Shown: piece by piece, positions 16,502-25,210 of the stretch
Layout of the letters: every line of letters begins with the position of its first letter
Numbering within the stretch: position 1 is the first letter of the stretch
Assembly (NCBI GenBank): GCA_028702895.1
Contig: JAQVNZ010000001.1
Location: 36,235-100,234 of the forward strand
Reading direction: 5' to 3'
DNA length: 64,000 bases
DNA from: Candidatus Iainarchaeum sp.
GTDB lineage: Archaea; Iainarchaeota; Iainarchaeia; Iainarchaeales; JAAZKV01
Made by a program: the position numbers and the translations under genes
The notes under the pieces: generated by a model
Told to the model about the DNA's origin: nothing
What the model saw: only the letters and a program-made list of their open reading frames with translations
Database searches by the model: none

Positions 16502-17983
16502 ATGCCAACACACAACTTGTTTAGCGTTCGCTATATTGAACAAAAAAAGGAAGTGATTTGTTATTTTAAAAATAATTATTCTCAAATAGCAAAACGTTTT
16601 TCGTTTATACCTTATTTTTTTATTGATGATTCATTTGATTTTGAAAAATTAAATGAAATACTTTTTTCTTTTAATATAAAAAATTTTTATTTAGATCATG
16701 TTAATAATAAAAAATGTGTTTTTTCTAGTTCGTATTTAGTTTTAAAAAAAATAAGTAATATTATTGCATTAATTTCTGATAAAAAATTTATTGTTTTATC
16801 TCCAGAACGAGTTTTTTTAATAAATAAAGATTGGTCTTATTTTGATGATTTTGAGATTAATGAAAATAATATTCAAAAAATTGGTTTTAATATTAACTTG
16901 AATTTTTTTGATTATTATATTTCAAACATTTCTTTTTTGGAAGCTTTAAAATTAAATGAGAATAAAACTAATTTAATTATTAATAATTATGTTATTTCAA
17001 ATTTTTTAAAAATTCCTATTAAACAAATACCTGTTGAATCACAAGGCCAATTAGAAGTTTTTTTAGAAAATATTTATTTTTCTAATGCATATCCTATAAA
17101 TTGGAAAATCAATAAAAAATTTTTCAAATCAACTAATTTTGCACCATATGGTGCATTTGAAAATATTTCTAAAATTGATTTTTCTTCGGTTTGGCTTAAT
17201 TCTCTTACAAATACTTTTTTTAATTTGGGACCGGATACACTTAATTGTTCTTGTTGTAAACCTATAAAATTAGATGATCTTAATTTATTGCCTTCTTCTT
17301 TAATTGAAATTATTCCTTTGGAAGATAATTTATTTTTTATTTCAACTTCAAATAATTTTTCAAATAATTTTAATTCTTCTAATCCTAATAAAATGTTTAG
17401 ATTATCTAAAAAGAAAGAATTTTTTTTAAAAAATTTTCCAGTGGGTCCACTATGTTCAAAAAAAGCGTATTTAATTCCAATTGATGATGCTAAAAAATTA
17501 TTGGATTCTAAAAAAGTTATTCTGGGAAAAAATCATCTCACTAATTGGTTTTGTAAAAAAAACGAGTCCTTTGTTTCTAAAGAAATTAAGAAATTAAATT
17601 CTTTAATAATTTTATTGGAAAAAGATTTATTAAAATATAATATTAATTTATTTTTTGAAAAAGATTTTAATTATTATTTTAAATCAAATTTATTATTATT
17701 TTTAAGAAAAATTTCATTAGAACTTCCATCTCATTTAACAAATCCAATTTCAAATTTTTTTGAATATCCTCTTGCAAAATCAGTTTATTCAATTCAAGAG
17801 AGTATTTTATGTAAATTTGTTGAATTTTCAGAAAAATCTGGTCATAGGGTAGTTTATTCTAATAATGAATCTGTTTTTGTTAAAGGTCATTCTTCTCTTT
17901 TGTTGGCTAATAATTTTGCTGTTTGTATGAATTTACCAAAACCAAAAATTTCAGAATTTTCTACAAAAACTTGTTTTAGGTAA
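16502..17983 (+). CDS. Putative miniaturised, inactivated family-B DNA polymerase homologue
   Basis: PolB-like segments occur in the expected order:
- FSVRYIEQKKEVICYF...FIPYFFID (N-terminal domain).
- SPERVFLINKDW (cf. RYLIDkgl).
- SQGQLEVFLENIYFSNAYPINWK (cf. StGnLVEWfLLrkAyernelaPNK).
- KIDFSSVWLN...NLGPDTLNC (cf. motif A, LDFrSLYPSII..NvSPDTLn).
- GHRVVYSNNESVFV (cf. motif C, vlYaDTDg, with the aspartates lost).
These are eye alignments to remembered consensus only. Confidence 0.55.
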   Translation: MPTHNLFSVRYIEQKKEVICYFKNNYSQIAKRFSFIPYFFIDDSFDFEKLNEILFSFNIKNFYLDHVNNKKCVFSSSYLVLKKISNIIALISDKKFIVLSPERVFLINKDWSYFDDFEINENNIQKIGFNINLNFFDYYISNISFLEALKLNENKTNLIINNYVISNFLKIPIKQIPVESQGQLEVFLENIYFSNAYPINWKINKKFFKSTNFAPYGAFENISKIDFSSVWLNSLTNTFFNLGPDTLNCSCCKPIKLDDLNLLPSSLIEIIPLEDNLFFISTSNNFSNNFNSSNPNKMFRLSKKKEFFLKNFPVGPLCSKKAYLIPIDDAKKLLDSKKVILGKNHLTNWFCKKNESFVSKEIKKLNSLIILLEKDLLKYNINLFFEKDFNYYFKSNLLLFLRKISLELPSHLTNPISNFFEYPLAKSVYSIQESILCKFVEFSEKSGHRVVYSNNESVFVKGHSSLLLANNFAVCMNLPKPKISEFSTKTCFR

Positions 17984-18066
17984 TTTATATTTAATTACTA
18001 TAAAATCTTTGTTAAAAAGCTACTTTTTTAAAGCTTCTTGTCGAGATATATTATATTGGTGAGTTT

Positions 18067-18273
18067 ATGGTAAAATTAACTAGGTTTGAATTAACAAGAG
18101 TTTTGAGTGCAAGGTCATTACAATTGTCTTTGGGTGCTCCTCCATTAGTTAAAGGTACTAAAAGTATGTCTATGCTTGAAGCTGCTGAAAAAGAACTTGA
18201 AAGTAAGGTTCTTCCTTTGAGTGTTTTAAGAAAATATCCAAACGGGATAATAAAAAGAGTTGAATTATATTAG
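18067..18273 (+). CDS. rpoK: DNA-directed RNA polymerase subunit K (Rpo6/RpoK)
   Basis: LTRFELTRVLSARSLQLSLGAPPLV is the Rpb6/RpoK signature. A GGTGAG SD-like motif lies upstream. Confidence 0.85.
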   Translation: MVKLTRFELTRVLSARSLQLSLGAPPLVKGTKSMSMLEAAEKELESKVLPLSVLRKYPNGIIKRVELY

Positions 18274-18281
18274 GTGTTTTT

Positions 18282-18470
18282 ATGGGTAAATCAGTTTCTA
18301 AAGGTCTAAAATATCGTGGCGAAGTTTTGTTAAAAGAAATGCCAGAACATTTTGGAAAGGATTTTGAAAAAAATAAAGCTGAATTAAATAAAATTGATTT
18401 AGGTTTATCTAAAACGAGTAGAAATGTTCTTTCTGGATATATTGTTAGATTATCATCAAAAAAAGAATAG
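18282..18470 (+). CDS. rps17e: 30S ribosomal protein S17e (eS17)
   Basis: MGKSVSKGLKYRGEVLLKEMPEHFGKDFEKNKAELNKI....SKTSRNVLSGYIVRL aligns by eye to archaeal eS17 (MG..R...iKr.a..l.....~.F..DFe.NK........~SK..RN.iAGYit). An AGGTG motif lies upstream. Confidence 0.8.
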   Translation: MGKSVSKGLKYRGEVLLKEMPEHFGKDFEKNKAELNKIDLGLSKTSRNVLSGYIVRLSSKKE

Positions 18471-18503
18471 ATTTTTTGAAAAATAATTTATAGAATATTA
18501 TTT

Positions 18504-18557
18504 TTCTTAATTATATGACTTTTCTTAATTATATGACTTATCTTAATTATATTATTT
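18504..18557. repeat. 18-nt tandem repeat (2 perfect copies plus 1 degenerate) in a convergent spacer
   Basis: TTCTTAATTATATGACTT occurs at 18504-18521 and 18522-18539, followed by ATCTTAATTATATTATTT. The repeat lies between the 3' ends of rps17e and rad50. Confidence 0.6.
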
Positions 18558-18614
18558 TTTAAAATAAATCATTTTTTATAGCGTTTTTTATTAATGTCTT
18601 TTTTATTTTGTTAA

Positions 18615-20663
18615 TTAAATTATTGGCATAAGTTCTATTTTTGTTGCTTCGTCTAAATCTTTATTTCTCTCTAATAAATAAAGGTTACTAGTTGCTGCGT
18701 TTTCTAATTCTTTTTCGTGTGTTATTACAAAGATTTGTTCTACTAATTCGGGTAAAGAATTTTTTAACATTTGAGTTAATTGTTTTATTGTATTTTTATC
18801 AAGATTGTGGGTGGGTTCATCTAAAATAAATATTGATAATTGTTTGGTTAGAACCAATGCAAATGCAATTCTAATGCATATTGCTGCAACGCTTCTTTCG
18901 CCTCCACTTAATATTCCATCTACTCTGGTCCAAGTATTAGTTCTTGTTAGTACTTGCAAGTCATATCCATTTTCAACAATTGTTAATTTTGCATCAATAA
19001 AATCGCGGTAAGGGTATAGCACATCCCATGTTTGAGTTAAGGCATCATTTATTGTTTCAAGTAAATTTTCGCGTAATTCGTTTTGCGTTGCTATTAAACA
19101 ATTTTCAAAAACACCTAGTTTTTTTATTGCAATTTCGGATTTTTGTAAATCCTTTTCTATATTTTGGATTGAAGTTTTTATTTTTTTTATTCGTTGTATA
19201 TTTTCTAATAAATTTTTTATTAAATTATCATTGTTTTTTATTTTATCATCAATATTATTGAATATTGATTTTTTTTCAAAATAGTTTTTTCTTAAATCAT
19301 CCATTTTCATTTTATCAAATTTTAATTCAATAAGTTCTTTTTCTTTTAATGGTAAACTTTTTTCTAATTCTGCAATTTCTGTTAAATTTATTGTAATTTC
19401 TTCTGCTTCTTTTGTTAATCTTTCCAAAATAAAAATTCTTTCTTTTAATATGTCAATTTGTTTTTTATTATTATCAATATCATTTTTAAATAACTTTAAT
19501 TTTTCTAAATTTTCATTTTGATTAATTTCAATTAAATTAACTGTTTTTTTAATTTCAAGTATTTTCGCTTGTCCTTTTTTAATAATTTCATTTTTTTGTT
19601 CTTCGCTTAATTCTCTTAGGCATTTTGGGCATTTTTTGCTTATTTGTTTAATTTCGTTTTCTTCATTTTCTAATTCTCTTATAACATATCTGTGCACTTT
19701 TAGTTCTTCATTATTTTTTTTCTCTTTTTCTTCAAAAATATTTTTTGATTGCTCTATTTTTAAATTATCATTTTTTAGTTTTTCTAATAATTCTTTTTTT
19801 AGTTTGGTTTCAGTTAAAATATCTTCTTTGTTAATAATTTCTTTTTTTTTCAAACTCTCAACAAGAATTTCTTTTTTTGATTTTTTTCTATTTATTTCAT
19901 CTTTTAAAAAGTTAAATTGTTGTTCATTCTTTTCCATTTTTTCAAGTAAATCTTTTTTTTCTATTATTTCTTTTCCCAAAATTATTTTTTCATTTTTTAA
20001 TAATGTATTTTTTTCTTCTTCAATTTTAATTTGTTCGTTTAATTTTTCTTCTTCATAATCTTTTATAATGCTTGTTTGTTGTTTTATAGATTCATTTTTT
20101 TCTTTATTATCTCTTGTTAATTGGTTTTTCAAAGTAATAGAATTTTTTCTTGCAGTCTCGTATTTTTCTAATTCTAATAATTCATCAAATTTTTTCTTTC
20201 TTTCACTAGGGCTTAATTTTAGAAAAAAATCCATTTCGTTTTGTTCTGAATATGCTGCTCGACTAAATAATTCATAATTTAATCCTAATATTTTTTCAAT
20301 TTTTTCATTAACATCTTTTTGTTTTGGCCCGGCAATTAGTACATCGTTTTCATATAATTTTGATTCGTTTGTACCATTTTTTTTAATAATTCTTTGTACA
20401 ATATATGTTTTTGAATTATTTTCAAATATTATTTTTGTTTGTGCTTCATCGCATTCGTTTGGTTTATTCATTATTATTTCGTTTAATGATATTTGTTTAC
20501 TTTTTAATAGAGGAAAATTTCCAAATAGCGCGTAACTTAGGGCATTTACAATTGAACTTTTTCCAGAACCCATTACTCCAACAATAACGTTGGTGCCTTT
20601 TCCGAATTCTAATGTAGAGTCTTTGTGAGTTCGCCAATTTTTTAATTCAAGACTTTTAATCAT
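18615..20663 (-). CDS. rad50: Rad50-type SMC-like ATPase with a zinc hook
   Basis: It has N-terminal Walker A (IVGVMGSGKSSIVNAL), a long K/E coiled coil and a central CPKC zinc-hook motif. The C-terminal part has the signature LSGGERSVAAI and Walker B (IFILDEPTHNLD). Confidence 0.85.
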   Translation of the reverse strand: MIKSLELKNWRTHKDSTLEFGKGTNVIVGVMGSGKSSIVNALSYALFGNFPLLKSKQISLNEIIMNKPNECDEAQTKIIFENNSKTYIVQRIIKKNGTNESKLYENDVLIAGPKQKDVNEKIEKILGLNYELFSRAAYSEQNEMDFFLKLSPSERKKKFDELLELEKYETARKNSITLKNQLTRDNKEKNESIKQQTSIIKDYEEEKLNEQIKIEEEKNTLLKNEKIILGKEIIEKKDLLEKMEKNEQQFNFLKDEINRKKSKKEILVESLKKKEIINKEDILTETKLKKELLEKLKNDNLKIEQSKNIFEEKEKKNNEELKVHRYVIRELENEENEIKQISKKCPKCLRELSEEQKNEIIKKGQAKILEIKKTVNLIEINQNENLEKLKLFKNDIDNNKKQIDILKERIFILERLTKEAEEITINLTEIAELEKSLPLKEKELIELKFDKMKMDDLRKNYFEKKSIFNNIDDKIKNNDNLIKNLLENIQRIKKIKTSIQNIEKDLQKSEIAIKKLGVFENCLIATQNELRENLLETINDALTQTWDVLYPYRDFIDAKLTIVENGYDLQVLTRTNTWTRVDGILSGGERSVAAICIRIAFALVLTKQLSIFILDEPTHNLDKNTIKQLTQMLKNSLPELVEQIFVITHEKELENAATSNLYLLERNKDLDEATKIELMPII

Positions 20664-20730
20664 ATATATTTTTTGATTAAAAAGTAATAAAAGATAATTC
20701 TTTAAAAAATAATAATTTTATTTTTTAGAA

Positions 20731-20997
20731 TTATGAAATTAGTGTAACGCCATCCATTTCAACTTGGTTTATTCCATCAATTTTTGAAAGGGCTTCTTCT
20801 AATTTAGGCATTAATCCATCTGTTTTATCTGGAAGAACATAACCTACTCTGATAACTTCTATTCCAAAACCAATTGGTTCTCTTTTTAAATCTTGGAATT
20901 TTATTTGATCAATTTTAATGTTTTTAAGATTTTTTTCAACAACATCAAGTTTTTGAGGATCTGTAAAAATCTTGAAAATTACTAGTGCGTTTCCCAT
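20731..20997 (-). CDS. ef1b: Translation elongation factor aEF-1 beta
   Basis: The protein is 88 aa. MGNALVIFKI.....D....EK.L..I.......D.KREPIGFGIEVIRVGYV.PD...G....EEALSKIDG...VE fits archaeal EF-1beta. Confidence 0.85.
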   Translation of the reverse strand: MGNALVIFKIFTDPQKLDVVEKNLKNIKIDQIKFQDLKREPIGFGIEVIRVGYVLPDKTDGLMPKLEEALSKIDGINQVEMDGVTLIS

Positions 20998-20999
20998 TT

Positions 21000-21155
21000 T
21001 TAAGGCCCCACAAAATTACATTCTTTGCAGACATATTCTTTTGCTGATGTTTTACAAGAATCGCATCTTATGATAGTTGTTTTTCCACAATTAGGGCATT
21101 TAAATTCAGTTTTATTATCTGTAACTATTTTATTACAAGTAGTGCATTTTTTCAT
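21000..21155 (-). CDS. Four-CxxC zinc-ribbon protein (51 aa), of the type usually found upstream of aEF-1beta
   Basis: The hand-translated sequence is MKKCTTCNKIVTDNKTEFKCPNCGKTTIIRCDSCKTSAKEYVCKECNFVGP. It ends 2 nt before the ef1b ATG. As I recall, archaeal genomes conserve a Zn-ribbon gene (COG2888-like) at this position. It is absent from the ORF track because it is shorter than 60 aa. Confidence 0.6.
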   Translation of the reverse strand: MKKCTTCNKIVTDNKTEFKCPNCGKTTIIRCDSCKTSAKEYVCKECNFVGP

Positions 21156-21300
21156 TTTTTCACCTTTATTTCTGTTTATAACAGAATTTTCACTAATTAT
21201 TTTTTAATTGATAACCTTTATAAAAGAAATCTTTGGAAAAACATTTTTTGTTATTCTAAATAAGGTTAAAAACTTCTTTAATATTATTTTTATTGTATAT

Positions 21301-21389
21301 GGGCCCGTGTGGCAATGGATAACCGGCGGGACTTCGGAAAAATTAGTTGAAGTTATCCTGAGATGGGGGTTCGATTCCCTCCGGGCCCG
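21301..21389 (+). tRNA. tRNA-Arg(UCG) with a short intron of about 17 nt
   Basis: The elements are:
- Acceptor GGGCCCG/CGGGCCC with discriminator G.
- Anticodon stem CGGGA/TCCTG and loop CTTCGG..
- T arm GGGGG-TTCGATT-CCCTC.
- BHB junction: central helix CTTC/GAAG (perfect), bulges GGA and TTA.
The track ORF 21208..21402 overlapping it is spurious. Confidence 0.75.
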
Positions 21390-21471
21390 TAGTTTAAAAT
21401 AAAATTAAGTTTTAAGAGTATTAGTTCTAAATTAATACTCTGTATTATTATCCATTTTTTAAAAAAGAAGT

Positions 21472-22833
21472 TTATCTTTCAAATCTTTCTTTTCCTTCTA
21501 AATAATTTGTAAAAAATGTTTTAAATTCGCCCTTGTATTCTTTTAACAAATCTTTTTCAGTTAAAATTTTGTAATTCTTTAATGCTCGTTTTATTGCAAT
21601 TGTTTCTTTCTTTTTTTCAGTTTTTAAATAATTTTTCAATATTTTTATAACATTTGTTTCTTTTCGTTCAATTTCAATTATTATTCTATTCTCTTCAATT
21701 CGTGGTCCAGATAATATTTTTTTATTTTGTAAAAATTTTTCAACATTTTCATTATCATTTACTTTTGGTCCAATTATTTTTTTAGATTTTTGTAAATTTA
21801 ATGTATTTAATTCAAAAATAAACCACACTTCTTTACTATTGCTCCACATTTTTTCTCGTAAAATTTCAAATCCTGTTTGTTTTAGAGTATTACTATTTTT
21901 TTTTAAAAATCTTCTTAATTGGCCCCATACAAGGTCTTCTAAAATATTTTTTGGGAAATCAAATTTAACTCCGATTAATTCTTTTTTTTCAAGCATTGCT
22001 TTTACGTGTTTTTTATTCCAGGGTTTTATTTTTGTTGGGAAGAAAAAATTTATTGATGGGTTTTCTAAAAATTTTTTACTAGCAAATTTTATTCTTTCAA
22101 ATTGTTCGTTTGATAATGCTGATGCCACGTTTCTTTTTGGGTCAACAGGATCGATTATTATTAGTGGATGTTCAAATTTGGTTATTTTTTCATTTTCAAA
22201 TTTAATTATTTCGCCAATTTTCCAGTCGCTGATTTTTTTTAATGCTTTTTCAAAATTACTATATTTTAAAATTATTAATTCTACGCCATATCCTGGGAGA
22301 GAACAATTTTTTAAATCAGCTCCATATGCGCCAATTCCTTTTAGAAATTGTTTTAATAATCTTACTTCGTTTTTTTGATTTTCTTTTAAATTTTTTAATA
22401 AATATTTATTATGAAATGGTGTTCTATCTACCGCGCTTTTTTTTTCTGCACCACTTTTTACAATGTATCCTGGGACTATTTCAACATCAAATCCTTTTAT
22501 TGTGCCTCTAATGTAGGGGTGTTGTGAATATGCTTTTTCCCAGTCGTGTCCTTTGAAAATATTTTTGCCAATTCTTAAACCTTCTTTTTCTAGTTCTTTT
22601 TCGGTTAATTCTTTATTAAACATTAAAAAGAGGTCTAAGTCTTGGTCATTTCTAAGATTAGTATTTCTTGCACTGCTACCACACCATTCTAAGTAAGAGT
22701 GTTTTCCACTCATTTTTTTTATTTTATCATTTATTTCAATAAAAAGTTTTTTTTCGTCTTGAAGTTCTTTTTTTGTTGGAACAATTTTTTTCAAAACTTT
22801 GTCATAAATTTTTTGGCGTTGTTCTTTATTCAT
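21472..22833 (-). CDS. cca: CCA-adding enzyme (archaeal class I tRNA nucleotidyltransferase)
   Basis: It has the nucleotidyltransferase motif GSSARNTNLRNDQDLDLFLMF, followed by PYIRG...VEIVP and GAYGADLKNCSLPGYGVELIIL, as in archaeal Cca. Confidence 0.85.
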   Translation of the reverse strand: MNKEQRQKIYDKVLKKIVPTKKELQDEKKLFIEINDKIKKMSGKHSYLEWCGSSARNTNLRNDQDLDLFLMFNKELTEKELEKEGLRIGKNIFKGHDWEKAYSQHPYIRGTIKGFDVEIVPGYIVKSGAEKKSAVDRTPFHNKYLLKNLKENQKNEVRLLKQFLKGIGAYGADLKNCSLPGYGVELIILKYSNFEKALKKISDWKIGEIIKFENEKITKFEHPLIIIDPVDPKRNVASALSNEQFERIKFASKKFLENPSINFFFPTKIKPWNKKHVKAMLEKKELIGVKFDFPKNILEDLVWGQLRRFLKKNSNTLKQTGFEILREKMWSNSKEVWFIFELNTLNLQKSKKIIGPKVNDNENVEKFLQNKKILSGPRIEENRIIIEIERKETNVIKILKNYLKTEKKKETIAIKRALKNYKILTEKDLLKEYKGEFKTFFTNYLEGKERFER

Positions 22834-22856
22834 ATATATCCCATTTTTATGTTTTT

Positions 22857-22915
22857 TGAATTAATTAATTTTTTTTAGATTAATTAATGTTTTTTTGATT
22901 TAATTAACAATAATT
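22857..22915. promoter_or_regulatory. Three direct repeats of about 19 nt, each containing a TTAATTAA palindrome, in a divergent promoter region
   Basis: GAATTAATTAATTTTTTTTA, GATTAATTAATGTTTTTTT and GATTTAATTAACAATAATT lie head to tail between cca (minus strand) and the orphan pilus ATPase (plus strand). A regulatory role is only a guess. Confidence 0.25.
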
Positions 22916-22982
22916 ATTTTATAATTTATTTATTTGTCTTTACAATAAACTTATTATACTACTTTTTATATAAATCATTTGT

Positions 22983-24509
22983 ATGCGTTTTAATGATATT
23001 CGTTTAGAGAAGATTAGTGAGTCTAATTTTGGTTCTTTTTATAAGGGTTTAACTCATAATTTTTATGATTTAAAAGAAAACAAATTTTCTGATAAAGAAA
23101 ATAAATTTACTATTTTTTTAAATGATTTAATTTTAAGACAAAGTTCATTTTCTAATTCTTCAGAGTTTAATTTGCCCAAAAATTTTTTAATTGAATTTCG
23201 AGAAAATATTATTTCAATAATTGATTTGAATGGTTTGCTTGAAAAAATTCCATCTAATGCTATTTTTATTAGCCTTTTAGAAAATTTGATTCATTTAATA
23301 AAAAATTTTGATTTTATTGAAGATAAATTATTATTTGCCGAAAATGTTTTGCATAATTCAATTGGATTAAAACAATTATCTTTTTTTTCGTTGGAAAAAG
23401 ATTTTGAAGAATTAATGATAAATAATTTTGATGAAGTTTTTGTGTTTCACAAAAAATTTGGTGTTTGTAAAATAAATTTAATTTTAAACCAAAAATCTTT
23501 TTCAAATATTATTCAAAGAATTGCCAACAGTGTTGGGCGAGATTTTGATAAATATAATCCGTTGCTTGATGCGCATTTGCCAGACGGTAGTCGAGTTAAT
23601 GCTACATTTAACACGATTTCGCCTAAAGGAATTTCTCTTACTATTAGGAAATTTTCATTTACTCCAATAACTATTGTAGATATGATAAAAAATAATACTC
23701 TTTCCGTAGAATCTGCTGCTTTTTTGTGGTTGATGGTAGATGGAATGGGGTTATACCCAAAAAATATTCTTGTGGTGGGAGGAACTGCTTCTGGGAAAAC
23801 ATCATTGCTTTCGGTTTTATCAAATTTTGCTAGACTTAGTGAGAGAATAATTTCTATTGAAGATACTCTTGAATTAAATTTTTTAAATAGAGAAAATTGG
23901 GTTGCGCTTGAAGCAAAACATGTTAAGGGTGAAGAAATTAGCATGGATGATTTATTAAAAAATGCGTTAAGAATGCGGCCTGATAGGATTGTTGTTGGAG
24001 AAGTTAGGGGTGGTGAAGCATTAACTCTTTTTACTGCAATGGATAATGGCCACGCGGGTAGTATGGGTACGATTCATGCGAATAGTGCTAGGGAAACAAT
24101 TGATAAATTATCTCAAAAACCTTTTTTAATTCCTAAATCACATTTGGGTTTAATTGATTTAATTGTTGTAATGAAAAAAACATATTCTGTTTCTGGGGGT
24201 GTTAAAAGGGTGGTTTCTCAAATTGCAGAAGTTTCAAAAATGGATGCTACTATTTTGCTCGCAAATGTTTTTGAATTAAAAGATTTTGTTTTAGAAAAAG
24301 TGAATTTACCCAGTCATTTAATTGAAGAATTAGCTGGTCAATGTTCTATGGAAAAAAATGAGTTAAAAAAAGAATTGGAAACGAGACAAATTGTTTTAAC
24401 TTGGCTTGTTGAAAATGATATTATTAAAGCTCAAGAAGTTTTAGAAGTAATTCAAAGTTATTATTTTGACCCAAAAAAAGTTCTTGCAACAATTTTAGAA
24501 CAAAATTAA
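22983..24509 (+). CDS. Type II/IV secretion-family ATPase (FlaI/PilB/VirB11-like), orphan copy
   Basis: It contains LLDAHLPDGSRVNATF...ISLTIRKF, Walker A GGTASGKTS, IEDTLEL, Walker B/Asp box RMRPDRIVVGEVRGGEA and a His box GHAGSMGTIHAN. It is a paralogue of 41986..43647. Confidence 0.8.
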   Translation: MRFNDIRLEKISESNFGSFYKGLTHNFYDLKENKFSDKENKFTIFLNDLILRQSSFSNSSEFNLPKNFLIEFRENIISIIDLNGLLEKIPSNAIFISLLENLIHLIKNFDFIEDKLLFAENVLHNSIGLKQLSFFSLEKDFEELMINNFDEVFVFHKKFGVCKINLILNQKSFSNIIQRIANSVGRDFDKYNPLLDAHLPDGSRVNATFNTISPKGISLTIRKFSFTPITIVDMIKNNTLSVESAAFLWLMVDGMGLYPKNILVVGGTASGKTSLLSVLSNFARLSERIISIEDTLELNFLNRENWVALEAKHVKGEEISMDDLLKNALRMRPDRIVVGEVRGGEALTLFTAMDNGHAGSMGTIHANSARETIDKLSQKPFLIPKSHLGLIDLIVVMKKTYSVSGGVKRVVSQIAEVSKMDATILLANVFELKDFVLEKVNLPSHLIEELAGQCSMEKNELKKELETRQIVLTWLVENDIIKAQEVLEVIQSYYFDPKKVLATILEQN

Positions 24510-24593
24510 TTTTAAATTTTTTTAATTATTTTTTTGTGGAATAATATATTATTTGGCGTAATTTATTTTTTTGTATTTTAATGTTTTGTTTTT

Positions 24594-25184
24594 TTATTTT
24601 GTTTGTTTTTTAATTTCTTTTGTAAGTAATTTTAACATTTTAATATTCTTATCAAATTTTTGGTTACATTTTTTTACAATATATTTTAAATATTTATCAT
24701 CAATTTGTATTTTATCTTCTTTTACTGGAATGTTTATTTGATGTGTTCCTACAAGTTCAATTATTTGTTTTCCGTCTTTAACTACTTTTATTCCAAATTT
24801 TTTTATTCCTATTTTTTCGCAGATTTGTAATATTATTTTTGAATTTATAATATTATTTGTGCCTAGGTGTAATATTATAGGTTCTTGTTTTAACCATAAT
24901 ACTGATCCGTCAAAAGAATCTATCCCTTTTTTTAATTCGTCAAATTTAACTTTTCTATGCCATTTTCTATGAAATACACTTTCTTGTTTTTTTTCTTTTT
25001 TATCTAATCCTATTAAAACAATTCTTCCAGAGCAACAACTGCTAGTAAAATAATTTTTTGTTTTAGAAATGTGTTCGCATAGTGGTATGAATTCTAAATC
25101 CATTTTTCCTTCAGCTCTTGCTTTTTCAAATGTTTTTTTGTGATGTTCTTTAACCATTTTAAAAATTGTTTCCTCTTTTTTCAT
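24594..25184 (-). CDS. taw3: tRNA wybutosine-synthesis methyltransferase Taw3/TYW3 family
   Basis: FIPLCEHISKTKNYFTSSCCSGRIVLI matches the TYW3 signature (..T.SSCSGRi.l). The size of about 196 aa is typical for archaeal Taw3. Confidence 0.7.
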   Translation of the reverse strand: MKKEETIFKMVKEHHKKTFEKARAEGKMDLEFIPLCEHISKTKNYFTSSCCSGRIVLIGLDKKEKKQESVFHRKWHRKVKFDELKKGIDSFDGSVLWLKQEPIILHLGTNNIINSKIILQICEKIGIKKFGIKVVKDGKQIIELVGTHQINIPVKEDKIQIDDKYLKYIVKKCNQKFDKNIKMLKLLTKEIKKQTK

Positions 25185-25210
25185 AAAAATAACCTTTTTA
25201 TTCTATTCCT

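Noticed and set aside
16502-17983. The possibility that the 493-aa ORF after herA is the missing Mre11.
   Set aside because: No calcineurin-like phosphoesterase motifs (D.H, GD..D, GNH[DE], GH.H) are visible. The ordered similarity is to PolB segments instead.
21208-21402. A 64-aa plus-strand ORF.
   Set aside because: It is almost entirely occupied by the tRNA-Arg(UCG) gene (21301-21389), so it is spurious.
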